From positions 7,840,001 through 7,904,000 of the forward strand of contig OY762007.1 of the NCBI GenBank assembly GCA_963665115.1: a stretch of 64,000 bases of DNA, written 5' to 3'. A program made the position numbers and the translations under genes. The notes under the pieces are model-generated. The model saw nothing but the letters and a program-made list of their open reading frames with translations, did not search any database and was not told the origin of the DNA. Shown here piece after piece: positions 53,543 through 63,999 of this stretch; within the stretch, counting starts at the first letter, position 1; the number at the start of each line of letters is the position of its first letter. The DNA comes from an uncultured Rivularia sp. (GTDB lineage: Bacteria; Cyanobacteriota; Cyanobacteriia; Cyanobacteriales; Nostocaceae).

Positions 53543-55234
53543 ATGCAACAGTATGATGTTGTAATCATCGGTGCGGGACATAACGGTTTAGTTTGTGCTG
53601 CTTATTTATTAAAAGCTGGCTATACCGTAGCATTATTAGAAAAGCGCTCGGTGCCTGGTGGAGCAGCAACTACAGAGGAAATTTTACCCAAAGAAGCACC
53701 AGGATTTAAATTTAATTTGTGTGCGATCGACCACGAATTTATTCACCTTGGGCCTGTTGAAGAAGAATTAGAACTGAAAAAATATGGATTAGAATATTTA
53801 TATTGCGACCCAGTTGTATTTTGTCCCCATCCAGATGGAAAGTATTTCTTAGGACATAAGTCTTTAGATAAAACCTGTGCGGAAATCGCTCGTTATTCTC
53901 AACGCGATGCTGTAAAGTATAAGGAATTTACAGAATATTGGCAGCGTGCTTTGGGTGCAATGATTCCCATGTTCAACGCACCACCTAAATCAATTTTAGA
54001 TATTGCTGGTAATTACGATATTACGAAGATAAAAGATTTATTTTCAGTAATTGGTTCGGTAGACAAAACGCTGGATTTTATCCGCAATATGTTAACCAGC
54101 GGCGAAGATATTCTTAACGAATGGTTTGATTCTGAATTTCTCAAAGCACCATTAGCCAGACTTTGCGCCGAATTAGGTGCGCCACCTTCACAAAAAACAT
54201 TGGCGATCGGTGCGATAATGATGGCGATGCGTCACAATCCCGGAATGGCTAGACCTCGTGGTGGAACTGGTGCATTAACCCAAGCTTTAGTAAATTGTGT
54301 CACAAGTAAAGGCGGGGTAATTTTTACCGATCAACACGTAGAAAAAATCTTGATTGACAACGGTAAAGCTGTGGGTGTTCGCGTTGCGGGTGGTAAAGAA
54401 TATCGTGCTAAAGAAGCGGTAATTTCTAACATTGATGCGAAACGAGTATTCATGCAAATGGTAGATAAAAGCGATTCAGATGCAGCCGATCCAGAATTGC
54501 ATGAAAGATTAAAACGTCGCATTGTTAATAATAACGAAACCATCCTCAAAATTGACCTAGCATTAAACGAACCGCTACGCTTTGAACACCACGAACACAA
54601 AGACGAATACTTAGTTGGTTCAATCTTAATTGCCGATTCAGTTCATCATGTAGAACAAGCCCATAGCTTGTGTACTTTGGGTCAAATCCCCGATGAAAAT
54701 CCCTCAATGTATGCGGTTTTGCCAAGTTATTTAGATCCAAGTTTGGCACCTCCAGGAAAGCATACTCTATGGATTGAATTCTTTGCTCCCTACCAAATAA
54801 AAGACGCTAACGGTACTGGTTTAAATGGTACTGGTTGGACTGATGAATTGAAAAATAAAGTAGCAGATAGAGTCATAGATAAGCTAGCAGATTACGCGCC
54901 AAACGTAAAAAATGCAACTATCGCTCGTGCTGTAGAAAGTCCCGCCGAATTAGGTGAAAGATTAGGTGCTTATAAGGGGAATTACTATCACGTTGATATG
55001 ACATTGGATCAGATGATTTTCTTCCGTCCTTTACCAGAAATTGCTAACTATAAAACCCCCATTGAAGACCTGTATTTAACAGGTGCTGGAACTCACCCAG
55101 GTGGTTCAATTTCCGGAATGCCGGGGCGTAATTGCGCTAGGGTATTGTTGCAGAATAAACAACCAATGCAACAGAGTTTGAAGGATGCCAGAGAAGCGAT
55201 TTCCTCTACTTTTGAGTCGATGTTTAAGAAGTAA
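53543..55234 (+). CDS. crtO: Beta-carotene ketolase CrtO (CrtI-like FAD oxidoreductase)
   Basis: IGAGHNGLVCAAYL, FNLCAIDHEFIHLGP, GAGTHPGGSISGMPGRNCA. Confidence 0.85.
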   Translation: MQQYDVVIIGAGHNGLVCAAYLLKAGYTVALLEKRSVPGGAATTEEILPKEAPGFKFNLCAIDHEFIHLGPVEEELELKKYGLEYLYCDPVVFCPHPDGKYFLGHKSLDKTCAEIARYSQRDAVKYKEFTEYWQRALGAMIPMFNAPPKSILDIAGNYDITKIKDLFSVIGSVDKTLDFIRNMLTSGEDILNEWFDSEFLKAPLARLCAELGAPPSQKTLAIGAIMMAMRHNPGMARPRGGTGALTQALVNCVTSKGGVIFTDQHVEKILIDNGKAVGVRVAGGKEYRAKEAVISNIDAKRVFMQMVDKSDSDAADPELHERLKRRIVNNNETILKIDLALNEPLRFEHHEHKDEYLVGSILIADSVHHVEQAHSLCTLGQIPDENPSMYAVLPSYLDPSLAPPGKHTLWIEFFAPYQIKDANGTGLNGTGWTDELKNKVADRVIDKLADYAPNVKNATIARAVESPAELGERLGAYKGNYYHVDMTLDQMIFFRPLPEIANYKTPIEDLYLTGAGTHPGGSISGMPGRNCARVLLQNKQPMQQSLKDAREAISSTFESMFKK

Positions 55235-55438
55235 GTAATCTAAAAAGGTTAAAGGTTAGAGGTCAAAGGTAAGCAATAGATGTAGGGTGCGTTATGACTT
55301 CAGTCTAACGCACCAATTGTTGTAAAGACAAACCAATAAAATATAAATAATTTCTTTATCTAGCTTTATTCAAAGTCAATTCTGCAAATAATTTTTATAT
55401 AACTATAGCGGTTTTCGATTGATTCTAATACATTCAAT

Positions 55439-55543
55439 ACCTCACCAAGCCACTTGCACATCCAGGGAACCTGGTGCAGCAGTGGCTCCCCTTCCCCTCT
55501 CCGATGTTTTGGAGAGGGGTGTCCGATAGGATGAGGTGAGGTT
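55439..55543. repeat. ACCTCACC...GGTGAGGT palindromic element with inner insertion
   Basis: Terminal inverted repeat, CCCCTCTCC...GGAGAGGGG hairpin, inner AGCCAC...GTGGCT hairpin. Confidence 0.65.
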
Positions 55544-55609
55544 AAATTTGCATTATATCCAACAGAAAATAGATATATTTTCTTTCCTACACCCTAAAAA
55601 TAATAACTT

Positions 55610-56713
55610 ATGTTTAACCCAGACAGAATTAATCAGCTAACACCCGAACAAAAAGCATTAATTCCAGATTACCAAAATAAATGGCGTAAATTATTAACTT
55701 CGACAGAAACAATTGATAAAAATATAGCTGTTGAGACAGTCAAATCAATTTATAACTTCGTTGGTTTACCAGAACCTAAAATTATATTTTTAAAAAATTT
55801 CGACATGAAGTCATTTCTTGATGTTGATTTGGATGATATTTTGGGAATTATCTATCAAATTGAAGTTGTAAAACATCATAACATAGACTATTTAAATGAA
55901 CAATTATCCACAAACTTATCCATATCATTAGATAGTAAGATAGTAGAAACTTATTTTACTATATGGAAGCAACAAGAAGGATTATGGTGTGAAATATGGT
56001 TTGAATGGATAAATTATAGAAATAATCAAATTTTAGATCAAGAAATACATAGAAAAATAAGAAATTTTAACTACAACAATTATATAAAGAATGAAAGTAT
56101 GTTTTGGCTTTGGCAGACTTGGAACATTTATGGTTATCAAATAGATTTTTACATCTCAGAATTGAATTTACAATATGATGCAAAAATATGGAAATCATAC
56201 AAATCCTTAGCAAAAAACTGTGGCTGGATTTTCCCATTTCAAGAAGTTTGTTTAATAGCTCCTCGTCCAATAAAATTTTCCTTAGATGAATCTTATCGTC
56301 TCCATGCAGAAGCCGAACCAGCGCTAGAATTTGCTGATGGTTTCATAGTCTATGCTTATAACGGTGTGAGATTACCAGAAAAATACGGCAAAATTCATCC
56401 TAAAAAATGGAACCCCCAATGGCTTTTAACAGAAAATAACGCCGAATTGCGGAGAGTTTTGATACAAGGAATTGGTTACAGTCGAATTATAGAAGAACTA
56501 CAAGCCATACAAATAGATTCTTGGCAAGAATATAGATTATTAAAAATAAAAAAAGATATAGACATTGAACCCATTCATTTATTAAAAATGACTTGTCCTA
56601 GCACGGGACATATTCATGTTTTACGAGTTCCACACAACATAACTTCTGCAAGAGAAGCAATTATTTGGATAAATTGGGGAGTAGAACCAGAAGATTTTGC
56701 AGTACAAACTTAA
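55610..56713 (+). CDS. DUF6745 domain protein
   Basis: LTPEQKALIP, CGWIFPF, RLHAEAEPALEFADG, NAELRRVLIQGIGY, CPSTGHIHVLRVP. Confidence 0.82.
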   Translation: MFNPDRINQLTPEQKALIPDYQNKWRKLLTSTETIDKNIAVETVKSIYNFVGLPEPKIIFLKNFDMKSFLDVDLDDILGIIYQIEVVKHHNIDYLNEQLSTNLSISLDSKIVETYFTIWKQQEGLWCEIWFEWINYRNNQILDQEIHRKIRNFNYNNYIKNESMFWLWQTWNIYGYQIDFYISELNLQYDAKIWKSYKSLAKNCGWIFPFQEVCLIAPRPIKFSLDESYRLHAEAEPALEFADGFIVYAYNGVRLPEKYGKIHPKKWNPQWLLTENNAELRRVLIQGIGYSRIIEELQAIQIDSWQEYRLLKIKKDIDIEPIHLLKMTCPSTGHIHVLRVPHNITSAREAIIWINWGVEPEDFAVQT

Positions 56714-56761
56714 GTAATAATAGAGCTACAATCAACTTATAGGTTTAACTAAACAAAAAAC

Positions 56762-57166
56762 ATGACTTCTGAAACCGTTACCCTAAAAATACCAGAAATA
56801 CTTTATCAACGTTTAGTAAATACAGCTCGTGCCACTCAACGTCCAGTTGAAGAAATCATGCTTCGTGCATTACAAGTTGGTAGCCCACCATCCTGGGATG
56901 ATGTACCTGAAGAGTTTCAAGCTGAAATTGCTGCATTAGATAAACTTGATGATAATATGCTTTGGCAATTATTCCATAGTCGTAAAACAGTAACAGACAT
57001 GGAAAGATATAATGTTCTTCTTGAGGCAAATTCTAACGGTACAATTACACAATCTCAACGATTAGAACTTATGAATTTACGTCATCAAGCTGACCTTTTT
57101 ATGCTAAAAAAAGCTCAAGCAGCAGTATTGTTAAGATGGAGAGGAAATTTTGTGCCAAATCCTTGA
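56762..57166 (+). CDS. Hypothetical protein with RHH-like N-terminus (putative antitoxin)
   Basis: VTLKIPEILYQRLVNTARATQRPVEEI strand-helix-helix; 6 bp upstream of HNH gene. Confidence 0.75.
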   Translation: MTSETVTLKIPEILYQRLVNTARATQRPVEEIMLRALQVGSPPSWDDVPEEFQAEIAALDKLDDNMLWQLFHSRKTVTDMERYNVLLEANSNGTITQSQRLELMNLRHQADLFMLKKAQAAVLLRWRGNFVPNP

Positions 57167-57172
57167 TTTTTA

Positions 57173-57598
57173 ATGTCTACATATATTCCTGAAACTTTAA
57201 AAAATATAATTTTAGATAGTGATAAAAGACGTTGTTGCTATTGCTTAACAACTGAAGGCAATAGCGGAATCCCTATGACTTATGACCATATTCAACCGCT
57301 TTCAAAAGGTGGAAAAACAAACTTTGAAAATCTTTGTTTAGCTTGTCGTTCATGTAATGAATTTAAGTCGGATTCTACCGAAGCTATAGACCCTTTAACA
57401 GAAGAAACTGTACAAATATTTAATCCTCGCATACAAACATGGTCAAATCATTTTACATGGAGTCCAGATAGTACAAAGGTTGAAGGTTTAACAGCGATTG
57501 GCAGAGCGACAATTGTTGCTCTTAGAATGAATAACCCTGTAATTATTGTCGCTAGAAGACGATGGACGATTAGCGGTTGGCATCCTCCTATTGGCTAG
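57173..57598 (+). CDS. HNH endonuclease
   Basis: CCYC, DHIQPLSKGG, NLCLACRSCN, FNPRIQTWSNHF, TAIGRAT. Confidence 0.92.
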   Translation: MSTYIPETLKNIILDSDKRRCCYCLTTEGNSGIPMTYDHIQPLSKGGKTNFENLCLACRSCNEFKSDSTEAIDPLTEETVQIFNPRIQTWSNHFTWSPDSTKVEGLTAIGRATIVALRMNNPVIIVARRRWTISGWHPPIG

Positions 57599-57676
57599 AT
57601 AATGTCATCCTCACTACAGATGACAAAGTATATATAAAGCTGATGCAATGTAAGGTAGCGTAGCCAATGCAAGAAC

Positions 57677-58768
57677 ATGACACAACGGGTTTTAATTTTA
57701 GGGGGAAGGGGACGCATCGGTAGTAGTGTTGCTCAAGATATTGCCAAGCATACGCAAGCGGAAATTGCTGTTACCGGGCGTAGGGCTGTAGAAAAGCAGC
57801 ATGAAACCTCTTTTGTATATCTTGTTTTGGATTTAGCGGAAACTGAAAAACTACGCGAAGCTATTTCTAATTCCGATATTGTGGTTCATTGTGCCGGTCC
57901 TTTTCACTACCGAGATACTAACGTTTTACAAATCTGCATTGAATGTGGTGTTAATTATATAGATGTTAGCGACCATCGTTCATATACAAGTAAAGTGTTA
58001 ACGCTTCACGAACAAGCTGTTGAAAAAGGTGTGACAGCAGTAATTAATACAGGTATTTTTCCCGGTATTTCTAATAGTATGGTGCGTCAGTGCGTCGAAC
58101 AATTTGATGAAGCACAAAAAATACACTTAAGTTATGTTGTAGCGGGTTCCGGTGGGGCTGGTGTTACGGTAATGCGAACTACTTTTTTAGGGCTGCAAAA
58201 TCCCTTTCAAGCTTGGATAAATGGTAAATGGGAAACGGTTAAAGCCTACACGGAGAGAGAAACTGTTAATTTTCCCGAACCCGTTGCAGAAAATGGGGTT
58301 TACTGGTTTGATATGCCGGAAACATTCACTTTACCGAAAGCTTTTCCTACAGTTAAAAGCGTAATTACTAAATTTGGTTCGGTTCCCGATTTTTACAACT
58401 ATTTAACCTGGATAGCCGCAAACGTGTTTCCTAAATCGTGGATTCAGAATTCTGGTGGTGTAGAATTTTTAGCTCAAGTTAGTCATAAAATGACCGACGT
58501 TACCGATAATTTTAGCGGTATTGGTGTAGCAATTCGCTCGGAAGTTACGGGAATAAAAGATAGTCAAACAAAAAGTTACTGTTCGACTTTAGCTCATGAA
58601 AATACTTCAGTAGCCGCTGGTTATGGTACGGGTAGTATAGCTCAGTTATTACTCGAAGGGAAATTGAGAAAGCCGGGAGTATACCCTGTAGAAGAAGCTT
58701 TATCAACCGATCTATTTGAAGAAACGATGCTAAATAGAGGTATTGAGATTAATCGTCAATGGTTATAG
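57677..58768 (+). CDS. Saccharopine dehydrogenase-like oxidoreductase
   Basis: ILGGRGRIG, HCAGPF, YIDVSD, GIFPGISN, GVYPVE. Confidence 0.88.
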   Translation: MTQRVLILGGRGRIGSSVAQDIAKHTQAEIAVTGRRAVEKQHETSFVYLVLDLAETEKLREAISNSDIVVHCAGPFHYRDTNVLQICIECGVNYIDVSDHRSYTSKVLTLHEQAVEKGVTAVINTGIFPGISNSMVRQCVEQFDEAQKIHLSYVVAGSGGAGVTVMRTTFLGLQNPFQAWINGKWETVKAYTERETVNFPEPVAENGVYWFDMPETFTLPKAFPTVKSVITKFGSVPDFYNYLTWIAANVFPKSWIQNSGGVEFLAQVSHKMTDVTDNFSGIGVAIRSEVTGIKDSQTKSYCSTLAHENTSVAAGYGTGSIAQLLLEGKLRKPGVYPVEEALSTDLFEETMLNRGIEINRQWL

Positions 58769-58931
58769 AATCATTTAGAATCATTCTTAGGTTGATTACA
58801 TAGATGCATCTTCCGATAGAAGGAACTTTTTCATGAATAAACGTAGGATACATTTTAGTTAGAGAATTTTGCAATAATTTGCTTCTAACTAAATAGTATA
58901 AAGACAAAAGTTCAAAATCGGAGGAAAATAT

Positions 58932-59291
58932 ATGAAAGGGTTTGTATCATCTTTTAAACAAATATTGCGTCGCAGTGTTGTTTTAAGCTTAATGCTTTTA
59001 CTGGTTATATCGACATTGTTTGTTTTTGCACAACAGCCTAGTTACGCTTATCCAGCTTCGGAAAATACAAAATTAACTTCCCAAGAAAAAATTGACCGGG
59101 CTTATACTTTTAGTGAAGGTGCTGGACGTAGAGAAAAAATAAAACAAGAATCTTATGAAGAAGCAATAGAGGAATCAGAAAATCCTGAAAAAGCTTACGA
59201 AAAAAATACCAAGGTTTATAGGGATGAGAATATTAAACCAGCTTTAGTCGAAAAAGCCGAAGAATTGGTTGAAAATGTGACAGGAAAGTAG
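58932..59291 (+). CDS. Secreted hypothetical protein
   Basis: GGAGG RBS, signal peptide ending PSYA, Glu/Lys-rich helical body. Confidence 0.78.
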   Translation: MKGFVSSFKQILRRSVVLSLMLLLVISTLFVFAQQPSYAYPASENTKLTSQEKIDRAYTFSEGAGRREKIKQESYEEAIEESENPEKAYEKNTKVYRDENIKPALVEKAEELVENVTGK

Positions 59292-59695
59292 TAGTCCTTT
59301 GCATTAGTTAAAGTTCGTAGTAAGGGCTTTAGCTCCCTCATTCTTCGGAATTTAAAAGGGCTAAAACCCTTACTACAAACCTTTTCAAATGAATATGATA
59401 GAGCATTAGTACTTGTTTTAATTCTTAACTAATATAAGCTTATAGGTAATAAATGACTATAGACAGCTATCATTCATCGCTTATCATAAGTATTTTAAAT
59501 TTATAAATTTTTATTACATAATTAAATATAATGATTCGGTTTATACGCTTACAAATTCAGAAAAAGAGAGATATTATCAAGAAGATTGATAAAAGTAATC
59601 TCTCTTGAGAGAGAGAAAATTAAAATATCTGCTTGCTGCGTTTTCTTCACGGTTGAATTAGATTGCAGTAAACAGTACATTGTAATAGAGCCAGT

Positions 59696-60256
59696 ATGCG
59701 GTTGTTTTTATCCGCTTGTACTTGCCTCGTACATACCATTAACTTACTGTCTGGGTGTCTTATGTTTTATTCTGGTTGTGTTCAACAGAGGCATACAAAC
59801 TGCATTTCGAGGTTGTTTTCGACAAACTTTAATAATTATTGGAAAAAGCGTTTATCTTTGTTTGCTGAAAATTCGGTTGTTTTAATTGTTGACAATGATG
59901 CTGATAACTTGCTTTTAACTCAACAAGTAGTTAAGCTATTAGGCTTTCATGCCATTACTGCTAAAGATGGTGAAAGTGCTTTGAAAATGATCGAACAATA
60001 CCAACCTGCGCTGGTATTGTTGGAAGTAATGTTGCCAGAAATAGACGGTATTAATGTTGCTAAGTATTTACGAAAGAATAAAAATTTAGTTCCTGTTATT
60101 GCTCTTACTAGTTTACCTGGCGATCTGTTTCGAGACGAAGCTTTGATGGCAGGCTGTAATGGATATATTGAAAAACCTTTTCAAATAGAATATTTGGAAA
60201 CTGCAATCAAGCAACTTCTATTTTTACCTACTACCACTCTGGGCTATCAAAAATAG
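59696..60256 (+). CDS. Single-domain receiver (CheY/DivK-like), atypical; start uncertain
   Basis: VLIVDND, LLEVMLPEIDG, VIALTS, YIEKPF. Confidence 0.8.
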   Translation: MRLFLSACTCLVHTINLLSGCLMFYSGCVQQRHTNCISRLFSTNFNNYWKKRLSLFAENSVVLIVDNDADNLLLTQQVVKLLGFHAITAKDGESALKMIEQYQPALVLLEVMLPEIDGINVAKYLRKNKNLVPVIALTSLPGDLFRDEALMAGCNGYIEKPFQIEYLETAIKQLLFLPTTTLGYQK

Positions 60257-60271
60257 ATTAAAAAAGGCGAA

Positions 60272-61571
60272 TTAACTTTTTGAAGTGCTAGTTTTAATTT
60301 TACTTGCAATATTTTTGTTATACCAATTCATTGACGGTGTTGCAGTAATGCCATGTAAAAGTACTGAAACAACAACAGTACTGTAAGTTATCCAAGAAAT
60401 CTGTTCGCCTAATTCTCCTTTTAAACCGTTACTAAGAGCATAGGCAAGATAATATAAAGAACCTACTCCGCGAATGCCAAACCAACCAAATATCCAACGC
60501 TTTTGAGGATAAAATTTTTGGCGATGCGGGTATATAGTTTTTTTGCCAATTGTGCTTAGAAAAACTCCTAAAGGTCTAATTAAGAAAAACAGTAAAAAGA
60601 TTACTAGAAATGATTGTGGTGCAAATTTAGCTATTGGTTCATATAGTAAGATTGTACCCAACAGTAAAATTGTTCCTATTTCAAGTAGCTTTTCAACTTG
60701 TTCGATAAATTCCAGTTGCGCTAACGGTTCTTCTTGGTCATAATGATTTCTCTGCATTATTAAACCAGCAACAAATACAGCTAGAAATCCATAACCATTA
60801 ACAACTTCTGTCAAAGCATAAGTTAGTAAAATGGTACTAAGAGCAACAAAATCTCCCATTAAATCATCGACGGGATGATGTTTTTCAATTTTTTCACCAA
60901 ACCAGACAATAGCTTTGGCAACAAGAAATCCCATAATAATTGCAGAGCCAATTGCCCAAATTAAATCAATTCCCACCCAAGATTTAATCCAGTTATTCCA
61001 ATTATCATCTTTTATACCATAAAGCCCGAAATAAACGAAAGGAAAAGCCAGCGCATCATTTAATCCGCCTTCACTGGTTAAACCAAAACGCAATTCATCA
61101 TTATCATTTGTATCTTTTAACTGAATTGAAGAAGCCAATACGGGGTCAGTTGGTGCTAAAATTGCTCCTAACAAAATAGCTCCAGCCCAATCCATTCCTA
61201 AAAGAAACTTGCCGACAGCAGCAATCGCAATAATTGAAAACGGCATCAAAATTCCTATTAGCCGCAAAGTTGTATCCCAGGCTGCCAACTTAAAAGGACG
61301 AGAAATTTTTAAACCGCAACCAAATACAGAAACAATTACTACAAATTCCGTTAACCGTTTGAGCAATTCAGCATTAAATATATCGTCGCGACGCAGTTCA
61401 ACTAAACTAAAACCGTAAGGGTCCGATAGTAATACCTACTATTAGATAGATAATCGCGTAAGAAAAAGGCGATCGCGCAATTACACCCGAACCTAAAGTT
61501 ACAAACAGTAAGAGTAAACCAATAACAAGTAGATTCAGAATATAAATATCATCAAGAACAAGTAGATTCAT
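60272..61571 (-). CDS. CPA1 cation:proton antiporter (NhaP-like), split by +1 insertion at 61419-61424
   Basis: ATG 61571 MNLLVLDDIYILNLLVIG...; removing one C gives GPYGFSLVELRRDD and joins ORF 60272..61366; APTDPVLA, SEGGLND, WFGIRGVGS. Confidence 0.88.
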
Positions 61572-61754
61572 GGACTTTTTTACTCCTCCTATAACGACAT
61601 AATTCTGTTAGTTTAAGAGCAGCGTCAATAATTCTGTATCACCCGCAGGTAGATTTAATCAAACAGTTTTCTGTACCAGTTGAGTAAATAAAATCCAACC
61701 AAAAGCAGTTAAAAGTAGTTAGGCTAATAAGATATACATTTTTTAGTAGCGATA

Positions 61755-63116
61755 ATGATACAGGTAAAAGGACCAAAAACTCCCAGATTTGCTCAATTGA
61801 TTGAGTGGGTTTTCAATCCCTTGCAATTAATGGAAAAATCGGCAAAAGCTTATGGAGACACTTTTAAATTATTTCTGGTTAGTGATAATCCGATGGTGTT
61901 TGTCAGCCATCCCCAAGCCATCAAAGAAATTTTTACCGCAAGTCTCGATAAATTTGATTCGGGGAGAGGAAATGAGTTAGTAGCATCTTTATTAGGCGAA
62001 CAATCTTTAGTTTTACTCGATGGGGCACAACATCAACGTCAGCGCAAATTATTAACGCCGCCATTTCATGGAGACAGAATGAAATCCTATGGCGATTTAA
62101 TCTGTGAAATTACCGAAAAAGTTATTAGTGAATGGAAAATTAGCGAACCCTTCGATGTTCGTAAATCCATGCAGGAAATTTCTCTTAGAGTGATTTTACA
62201 AGCAGTATTCGGACTAAATGAAGGGGAACGTTACGAAGAAATAAAACAGCTAATTGGTTCAATCTTAGAAATATCCGGTTCCCCTTTAAAAGCAATGCTG
62301 GTATTTGTACCTTTGTTGCAAAAAGATTTAGGTGCTTGGAGTCCCTGGGGAAACTTTTTACGCCAGCAAAAACGGCTTGATGACTTATTATACGTCGAAA
62401 TTCAGGAACGCAGAGATAATCCCGATGCATCACGTGAAGATATTTTATCCTTAATGATGGCTGCAACAGACGAACAAGGGCAGCCCATGACAGATAAAGA
62501 AATGCGCGACGAGTTAATGACTTTATTAGTTGCAGGGCACGAAACCACCGCCTCATCCTTAACTTGGGCGTTTTACTGGATTCATCATCTTCCCGAAGTC
62601 AAAGCAAAACTATTAGCAGAAATAGATACAGTTGACAGTCAAGATTTAACTACAATTTCCAAGTTACCTTATTTAAACGGAGTTTGTGCCGAAACATTAC
62701 GGATATATCCCATTGCGTTAATAGCTTTCCCGCGAATTAATAAAGCACCAATTAAGATAATGGACTGCGAATATCCCGCAGAAACACAGTTGATGCCATG
62801 CATTTATTTAACACATCATCGCGAGGATTTGTATCCAGAGCCGAAACAGTTTAAACCAGAAAGATTCATTGACAAACAGTATTCACCATATGAATATTTA
62901 CCCTTTGGTGGTGGAAATCGGCGCTGTATAGGTATGGCATTTGCCTTGTTTGAAATGAAACTTGTGTTAACAACAGTTTTGAAAAACTTAGATTTGAGTA
63001 TAGTAAATAATCATGAGGTTAAACCAACTCGTCGCGGTGGTACTTTAGCACCTTCTGGAGGTAAGTGGTTAGTGATGAAAGGGAAAAGGGATGTGAAAGT
63101 TAAGGTTGGGGTTTAA
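61755..63116 (+). CDS. Cytochrome P450 (CYP110-like)
   Basis: AGHETT, ETLR, PERF, PFGGGNRRCIG heme motif. Confidence 0.95.
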   Translation: MIQVKGPKTPRFAQLIEWVFNPLQLMEKSAKAYGDTFKLFLVSDNPMVFVSHPQAIKEIFTASLDKFDSGRGNELVASLLGEQSLVLLDGAQHQRQRKLLTPPFHGDRMKSYGDLICEITEKVISEWKISEPFDVRKSMQEISLRVILQAVFGLNEGERYEEIKQLIGSILEISGSPLKAMLVFVPLLQKDLGAWSPWGNFLRQQKRLDDLLYVEIQERRDNPDASREDILSLMMAATDEQGQPMTDKEMRDELMTLLVAGHETTASSLTWAFYWIHHLPEVKAKLLAEIDTVDSQDLTTISKLPYLNGVCAETLRIYPIALIAFPRINKAPIKIMDCEYPAETQLMPCIYLTHHREDLYPEPKQFKPERFIDKQYSPYEYLPFGGGNRRCIGMAFALFEMKLVLTTVLKNLDLSIVNNHEVKPTRRGGTLAPSGGKWLVMKGKRDVKVKVGV

Positions 63117-63225
63117 GTTTTGGGGATACGGGCAGGGATGCCCGTACTTGCTCGCTAGTTACTACCGGGGAGCGAGACGCTCCCACTACCAATGTCTTAT
63201 TCATCAGAATTAATCTGGTGGAATA

Positions 63226-63999
63226 CTAATTTCTGCTGTTTCTTGTCGAAAGCGGGTTGGCTTTAAACCGGGCTAACTGCTCGCGAAGATACTTAAGCGC
63301 TGCTTCATTGCGTTCGAGCAACCCATCAAAAGAACCGGCTTCGTGCCATCGGTCAATCTGCTCGATGCCGAGAAACGGTAGATGACCATCTATACGAGCA
63401 TTTCGCTCCCGCATCAAAATGTTATCGGCACGCGGATCTTTAACTGACAAAAGCCGAAACTCTGCCGTTAGGAGCAAGTATTCCTTATTTTGCTTGTTAA
63501 ATTGCAGCATTCGGCGCGGTGCATCTGCTGCTTCGGGTGCATTAACAAAAATGGAGGACAGCACGCGACCAGAACCGGCTCCTGGGTTCGGTGGCTCGAC
63601 ACCGATTGCGCTTGCTATTGTCGGTACGACATCAATAATCTCTGCGTAGGAAATGGTATGTCCTGCCTTTACACCCGATCCGTGAAAAATCATCGGTGTT
63701 TGCCAACTTTCTTCGTCCATTGGTACGTGCCAACCGTGGCGGGATTGTCCATCTGCCATAAATACGAAAAAGGTATTGTCCCAGCGTCCAAGTTCTTCCA
63801 TTTTGGCGATAAAGCGACCAAGCTGTTTGTCGGCTTCACGCGCTGCTTGAGCGTAGGGTGATTCTGGATGCCAAATATCGGCTTGCCAAGGCGTACCATC
63901 CGGAGCGTTAATAGTTTTAAACCCGGCACGACCAACATCTTGAAGTTGGATGCGATAAAATTTTGGGTCGTGTCGCTCTAGGGTTTCTAGTATAATATC
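63226..63999 (-). CDS. Alkaline phosphatase superfamily protein, 5' end outside window
   Basis: Frame stays open to the window edge: YAQAAREADKQLGRFIAKMEELGRWDNTFFVFMADG...TPMIFHGSGVK...IIDVVPTIASAIG...GRVL. Confidence 0.78.
   Translation of the reverse strand, partial: DIILETLERHDPKFYRIQLQDVGRAGFKTINAPDGTPWQADIWHPESPYAQAAREADKQLGRFIAKMEELGRWDNTFFVFMADGQSRHGWHVPMDEESWQTPMIFHGSGVKAGHTISYAEIIDVVPTIASAIGVEPPNPGAGSGRVLSSIFVNAPEAADAPRRMLQFNKQNKEYLLLTAEFRLLSVKDPRADNILMRERNARIDGHLPFLGIEQIDRWHEAGSFDGLLERNEAALKYLREQLARFKANPLSTRNSRN

Noticed and set aside
59586..59885. Cys-rich 99-aa ORF overlapping the response regulator
   Set aside because: Alternative frame with a weak start and no recognisable domain
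61520..61571. 14-bp direct repeat (TGAATCTACTTGTT) at the antiporter 5' end
   Set aside because: Small local duplication giving NLLV twice; no evidence of function or of an inserted element
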